Of a DNA stretch of 64,000 bases, positions 60,121 to 64,000 are shown piece after piece. The position numbers and the translations under genes are program-made. Location: positions 124,001-188,000 of the IMG/VR virus record IMGVR_UViG_3300042350_004528, one strand, 5' to 3'. The notes below the pieces were generated by a model that was not told the origin of the DNA, searched no databases, and worked only from the letters and a program-made list of their open reading frames with translations. The stretch's first letter is position 1. Each line of letters opens with the position of its first letter.

Positions 60121-60804
60121 TTATATTCCAACGGTTGGTGAGTCCATGTTCTCACTTAAACCATAATGTTTCTCAACCAAAGTTTCAAAGTAATTTAAAA
60201 GTCCTTCTTTACCAATACCACTTTCTTTGGCTTTCGCAATGAAGTCATCAGCACTAGCACCAATTCCACCTTGAATCCAGTCCACATCAGCAGCTGTGAT
60301 TATTTTTTCATTGATTGGTTCCTCACTCATTCTATTTAAAAAACTATTTAATTTTCCATTACTATAAGTTAAACCAAGTTCTTTGGTTAACTTTTCAAGT
60401 ACTCTAACCACTTGAGTTTTATATGGGTCTGAATAAGCTCTAACAAAAGATCCAGAGCCACGATTAAACATGAAACCGTATATTCTTTGATCTATTTGAC
60501 TAATCACATATTTTTTCTTCTCTTCTGGTTCTGTTGGTATTGACCCAGTATATTTTTGGTCTGACTCAACAAAATCGGTTACCAGTTTATTAAAAGCTTC
60601 CACAAATTCTTTTGCTTTTGTTGGATTTTCTTGCCAAGAATCATTACGAGCACTATTATTAATTGATAAACCTTTAATTATTGGTTCCATACGTCCAAAG
60701 CCATCATCAATTATTTTAACGGAATCAACGAACTCGTTTAGATTCTCATTAAGGCCCATCATCTGGCGTATTCTTAAAACTTCTTCATTTAAGGTATTAT
60801 TCAT
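60121..60804 (-). CDS. Tagged protein (LNEEVLRIRQMMGL)
   Basis: TATTTAT at 60826-60832 (minus). Confidence 0.75.
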   Translation of the reverse strand: MNNTLNEEVLRIRQMMGLNENLNEFVDSVKIIDDGFGRMEPIIKGLSINNSARNDSWQENPTKAKEFVEAFNKLVTDFVESDQKYTGSIPTEPEEKKKYVISQIDQRIYGFMFNRGSGSFVRAYSDPYKTQVVRVLEKLTKELGLTYSNGKLNSFLNRMSEEPINEKIITAADVDWIQGGIGASADDFIAKAKESGIGKEGLLNYFETLVEKHYGLSENMDSPTVGI

Positions 60805-60856
60805 GGTAAAATCAATTAATTTACTATAAATATCTGAAAAATGGATAAAAAAAACA

Positions 60857-61600
60857 CCCCCAGAAATTTTTTGAGAAAACGATTTGAAAATAAAACAAGG
60901 GTCACTTTTTAGTTTATGGTTTTTTTATTACTTTTGTTTTATGATATTACAGAACACAAATACCGAGGATAAACTTTCATATTGCAAGGAAGCATCGGAT
61001 GTACAAGAACCAGCGTTTGTTGAGTTCATAAACGGGTTGAATGGATTGGTTACATTGAAGATTAATCCAGATAAGGAATTTGATCCATACACACACGATT
61101 TGGTTGTGAATGGAGCCCCAGGAGATCTTAAGACACAAGACACACCATTCTTTAAATCTGAGACGCTTTACGATATCGATCCTCAGTGGGCCATCACATA
61201 TAACCATAAGGATTACCTGAGGTACAAGAAGAAGTACACAAGCGTTGGAAAGAACGTTGTATTGTTCTTTGACGTGACAAGAAAGGATGAGGTTAAATAC
61301 GATGTGAAGACATTCCCCATGAGGGCCATCTTTTACACAAAGGCATCAGACATTGAAAAGATGATTGAGAACAAAGAGGTTCCCCTTCATGAGTACCTTA
61401 ACAGAAAGAATGACGACCAGGGAAACGCAAAGAGCAGTTATGTGATCGATGTCAGACGCTTTAACATGATATACTATTCAGGAAAAGGATTCAGGTTGAA
61501 AATCTGAGAAAAAAAAATTCCCCAGAAATTTTTTGAAAAAATGATTCCCCACAGAACAAGGGTCGATTTTCCAGAAAAAAGTACCCCCAGAAATTTTTTT
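60857..61600 (+). repeat. CCCCAGAAATTTTTT repeats (60857, 61520, 61585); first two extend to ...AACAAGGGTC
   Basis: Direct observation. The first two copies bracket the 60941 gene. Confidence 0.8.
60941..61507 (+). CDS. Hypothetical protein, possibly PD-(D/E)xK-like
   Basis: ATG at 60941 after TACTTTTG (-7 box). E...DLVV...DLKT pattern is only weakly suggestive. Confidence 0.55.
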   Translation: MILQNTNTEDKLSYCKEASDVQEPAFVEFINGLNGLVTLKINPDKEFDPYTHDLVVNGAPGDLKTQDTPFFKSETLYDIDPQWAITYNHKDYLRYKKKYTSVGKNVVLFFDVTRKDEVKYDVKTFPMRAIFYTKASDIEKMIENKEVPLHEYLNRKNDDQGNAKSSYVIDVRRFNMIYYSGKGFRLKI

Positions 61601-61627
61601 CAGAAATACTTCATTTAGATATTTGAG

Positions 61628-61696
61628 CCCCCCTTTGCCCCCCATAAACGGGGGGTAGGGAGGGGGATACGGGAGGGGGGAGGGTGTACCACCCCC
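61628..61696 (+). other. C-tract/G-tract element with G-quadruplex potential
   Basis: C6-TTTG-C6-ATAAAC-G6-TA-G3-A-G5-ATAC-G3-A-G6-A-G3, extreme for an AT-rich genome. Confidence 0.7.
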
Positions 61697-61740
61697 TATA
61701 CTGCTATTTTCTTTTAATGTGCAAGTTTATATAAAACAAA

Positions 61741-61767
61741 GTTATCCACACTTGTGATGTGGATAAC
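61741..61767. promoter_or_regulatory. Inverted pair of DnaA-box consensus sequences (also a possible terminator hairpin)
   Basis: TTATCCACA at 61742-61750 and TGTGGATAA at 61758-61766. Confidence 0.5.
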
Positions 61768-61791
61768 ATTATTTGTTTATGTGGTTAAAGG

Positions 61792-62313
61792 TTATCCGAA
61801 GATAACCTTTTCCCCACACTTGATATTCTCAATACCCTCAACCTTGATAGTACGGATAACAATATCATTATCCAAACCTTGATTGATTGCCTTGCTTGGC
61901 TTTTGTTTGAACTGCTTGATAACCTCAACTTGTTCAGCGTTTGCCTCAACCCCGTCAACGAAGTATTTAAGCGTTTTAGAAGTGTTACAAGCGAACTTTA
62001 AGTACTCACACGATAGGTCGCTTTTCTTTGCTACGATAGAGCCGTTAAAGCCGTCATTTACGGGCGTAAACCAATTTTCTTTGGCTACGAAGTCAGCCTC
62101 TTTACCCTCACGAATACGGGCGTTATTCACCATATTTTGATAGTTAGCGTTTAACAACATATTGTAGTCAACTAACTTGGTGATAACGGCACTACGCAAA
62201 GGGTTGCCCGTCTTTAACATTTTTTGTTCAACCACTGCTAATACTTGGGCGAACTTTGCACTGCCTCCGTCATTGATAAGGCTTGCGATTACTTGTGATT
62301 TTTTGTTTTGCAT
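61792..62313 (-). CDS. Early-type hypothetical protein
   Basis: 173 aa behind promoter TTTG-N20-TACATTTG (62370-62339). Confidence 0.75.
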   Translation of the reverse strand: MQNKKSQVIASLINDGGSAKFAQVLAVVEQKMLKTGNPLRSAVITKLVDYNMLLNANYQNMVNNARIREGKEADFVAKENWFTPVNDGFNGSIVAKKSDLSCEYLKFACNTSKTLKYFVDGVEANAEQVEVIKQFKQKPSKAINQGLDNDIVIRTIKVEGIENIKCGEKVIFG

Positions 62314-62412
62314 ATCTGTTTGTTTTGATTTGATGATACAAATGTAGGTGTAATTTTTTTAACCCGCAAATTTTAACGCAAATTTTTTTATCTTTTTTTT
62401 TGTTTAACTTTT

Positions 62413-62484
62413 CGGGCAAAACATTAAACACAAAAAGTATCGTGTAGGTTGGAGTATACTCTCCCGACTTGTTCAGCCCGCCCG
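62413..62484 (-). ncRNA. Candidate structured small RNA (72 nt, four-way junction)
   Basis: Directly downstream of promoter 62503-62534 with no ATG-initiated ORF. Terminal stem CGGGCG/UGCCCG enclosing three hairpins. Confidence 0.5.
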
Positions 62485-62691
62485 TTGTCTTTAACAACAA
62501 TACAAAGGTAAATGAAATAAATTTAACTTGCAAACTTTAACACAAATTTCTTTGTTTTTTTTTTGACTCATTTTAAGCCGTTTTAAGACACTCTAACAAC
62601 TAAACCATACGAACATATACCTTTGTTCCTTTCGTTTAATCTGAGCATAAAAAAAGGGGCGATTTGCCCCTTTCTTTGTTTCTTGTTTACC

Positions 62692-62925
62692 TTACCAAAC
62701 CAAAACCGCTGGGTCTTCCGTTTGGGCGATTTGTTCCGCCTTTGTTTTTAACTCGGTCATTTGAGCGATTAAAACCTCATAGGTCGGTCTTTGATTTGTT
62801 TTGTAACCCAAAATTCGTTTGGCACAATCCCTCGCTGAAATTCGGCTCATTTTCATTCCTGTTTTTTTCTCGAACTCTAAGCCGCGAAGGCATACTACGA
62901 TTTGAAAAAGTGATGTTGTTGTCAT
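62692..62925 (-). CDS. Early-type small protein (MTTTSLFQ...)
   Basis: ATG 21 nt downstream of the -7 box. Confidence 0.7.
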   Translation of the reverse strand: MTTTSLFQIVVCLRGLEFEKKTGMKMSRISARDCAKRILGYKTNQRPTYEVLIAQMTELKTKAEQIAQTEDPAVLVW

Positions 62926-63032
62926 TGTTTGTTTGTTTTGATAGTTCAAAGATAAACGAAATAAATTTAACTTGCAAATTTTAACATAAAAAAAAGGGGA
63001 ATTTCTTCCCCTTTCTTTGTTTCTTGTTTACC

Positions 63033-63173
63033 TTAAAAATTTCTTCCCGAAATTTTATATTTGTCTTCTTTTGGATTACCCCAAAACCAATTGTTAAGTT
63101 TACGAACTATAACTATTGATAGCCAAATGGTAAGAAAAAATATGGGCAATCCGATAATAAAGAAATCTTTCAT
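63033..63173 (-). CDS. Small membrane protein (46 aa)
   Basis: MKDFFIIGLPIFFLTIWLSIVIV, with its own promoter and terminator. Confidence 0.65.
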   Translation of the reverse strand: MKDFFIIGLPIFFLTIWLSIVIVRKLNNWFWGNPKEDKYKISGRNF

Positions 63174-63282
63174 AGGTTTGTTTGTTTTGTTGATATAAAG
63201 ATAAGTTAAATTTATTTCATTTGCAAGTTTTAACATAAAAAAAGGGGAATTTCTTCCCCTTTGTTTGCATTAGCACTTTTGT

Positions 63283-63348
63283 TTACATTAGCACAGCCAT
63301 GATTAACAAAGCACCGCAAAAAAGCGTTAAGACGAATAGAATACTCAT
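63283..63348 (-). CDS. 21-aa hydrophobic peptide MSILFVLTLFCGALLIMAVLM, not in ORF track
   Basis: Only ORF between the promoter at 63371 and the terminator at 63241. Confidence 0.55.
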   Translation of the reverse strand: MSILFVLTLFCGALLIMAVLM

Positions 63349-63465
63349 TGTTTATTTTGATTTGTTGATACAAAGATAAGTTAAATTTATTTCATTTGCA
63401 AGTTTTAACATAAAAAAAAGGGAACTTTTTTTGTTCCCTCTCTTTTGATCCACAACCCTATTCTT

Positions 63466-64000
63466 TTAATATGAACAACCTTTTGATTTAACAAAGGGAA
63501 TAAAAACCCCGAAGTTTGCACTAACTTGTTTTTGTGTGTTTATATCAACCCTAACCCAACCAACATAATAGTTAAGATACAAACCCCCAACCAAAGTGTT
63601 TATGTTTTTGCGACAACTTAAAACGCTGAACTCCCCGACACTTGTTTTTGTGTAGTTTGTGTATGTTTCTCTTTGATTAAAGTTTAACCCTGCGTGAACC
63701 CCAACCCGAACTGCGTTATCATTGTTCAACACTTTACCAACCAACAACTTTGTGTTTGTTTCTTTTGTTGATATGTTTCTAACCTCGTAATTGTTGTATT
63801 GTGGGTGTTGTTCGGGTGCAACATAATCATATTGAAACAAAGGTGCTTGTTCCCCTTGTTTAATACAACCATAAGAAACTGAACCATAGTAACCCCAATT
63901 GTTTGCGTCAACCCCCAGGGTTATATCGTTTAACTTTGTGTTTGTTCCTACCAACATTTGTCCGTTTGCAACCATTGAAGAAACTCCGAGTGCGATTGAG
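63466..64000 (-). CDS. Secreted/outer-membrane beta-barrel-like protein (start lies beyond window)
   Basis: Frame is open past 63975 (SIALGVSSMVANG|Q, signal-peptide-like). Amphipathic strands RVGVHAGLNF, GGLYLNYY, SANFGVFIP. Confidence 0.55.
   Translation of the reverse strand, partial: SIALGVSSMVANGQMLVGTNTKLNDITLGVDANNWGYYGSVSYGCIKQGEQAPLFQYDYVAPEQHPQYNNYEVRNISTKETNTKLLVGKVLNNDNAVRVGVHAGLNFNQRETYTNYTKTSVGEFSVLSCRKNINTLVGGLYLNYYVGWVRVDINTQKQVSANFGVFIPFVKSKGCSY

Larger units (their letters stand above)
62503..63445 (-). promoter_or_regulatory. Array of four repeated terminator+promoter cassettes (-7 boxes at 62503, 62947, 63196, 63371)
   Basis: Minus strand terminator hairpin and U run, then TGTTAAA..TTGC-N20-(T)AnCTTT(G/A). 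In copy 1 the terminator lies about 110 nt further upstream (62648-62673). Confidence 0.85.

Noticed and set aside
62413-62484. Canonical tRNA gene
   Set aside because: Lacks T-loop and D-loop consensus and a 7-nt anticodon loop. Kept only as an ncRNA candidate. I saw no canonical tRNA in the window.
1-64000. Stop-codon reassignment as in some Bacteroidota phages
   Set aside because: Core genes are intact in the standard code, and TAG and TGA end genes at sensible positions.

Overview
64 kb of an AT-rich T4-like (jumbo myovirus-type) bacteriophage genome. The host is most likely Bacteroidota: TTTG...TAnnTTTG promoters, A/T-rich starts with no obvious Shine-Dalgarno, DUF4494- and DUF2452-like genes. 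Layout: 1-8.7 kb head module (terminase C-terminus, portal, prohead protease, scaffold, major capsid protein). 8.7-10.5 kb peptidase, lytic transglycosylase and a membrane protein. 10.5-31.6 kb a glycosylation locus: two multi-domain glycosyltransferases, one carrying a TibC/Aah-type protein O-heptosyltransferase domain, plus a degenerate third, directly downstream of a 5316-aa nearly proline-free (Gly-X-Y)n Ser/Thr-rich fibre with C1q/BclA-like domains. 31.6-61.5 kb ClpC, ThyA, dNMP kinase, UvrD helicase, an AsnRS-like enzyme and many late genes that share a TATTTAT upstream motif, several also carrying an 'LxEEIxRxxxMMG' peptide tag. 61.5-64 kb a repeat/G-tract element and an early-type promoter/terminator cassette array. 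Most notable: (1) a putative phage protein O-glycosylation system for a giant collagen-like fibre; (2) a portable putative capsid-loading tag on diverse enzymes (ART-like, GNAT, NUDIX, ParB) with protease-type LxE sites; (3) an Asn-rich leader peptide overlapping a terminator ahead of the asparagine-synthetase-like gene; (4) two genes whose mRNA 5' and 3' ends are complementary; (5) promoter copies whose 20-bp spacer is inverted, one driving a cloverleaf-like ncRNA. All family calls are from motif recognition only; no searches were run.
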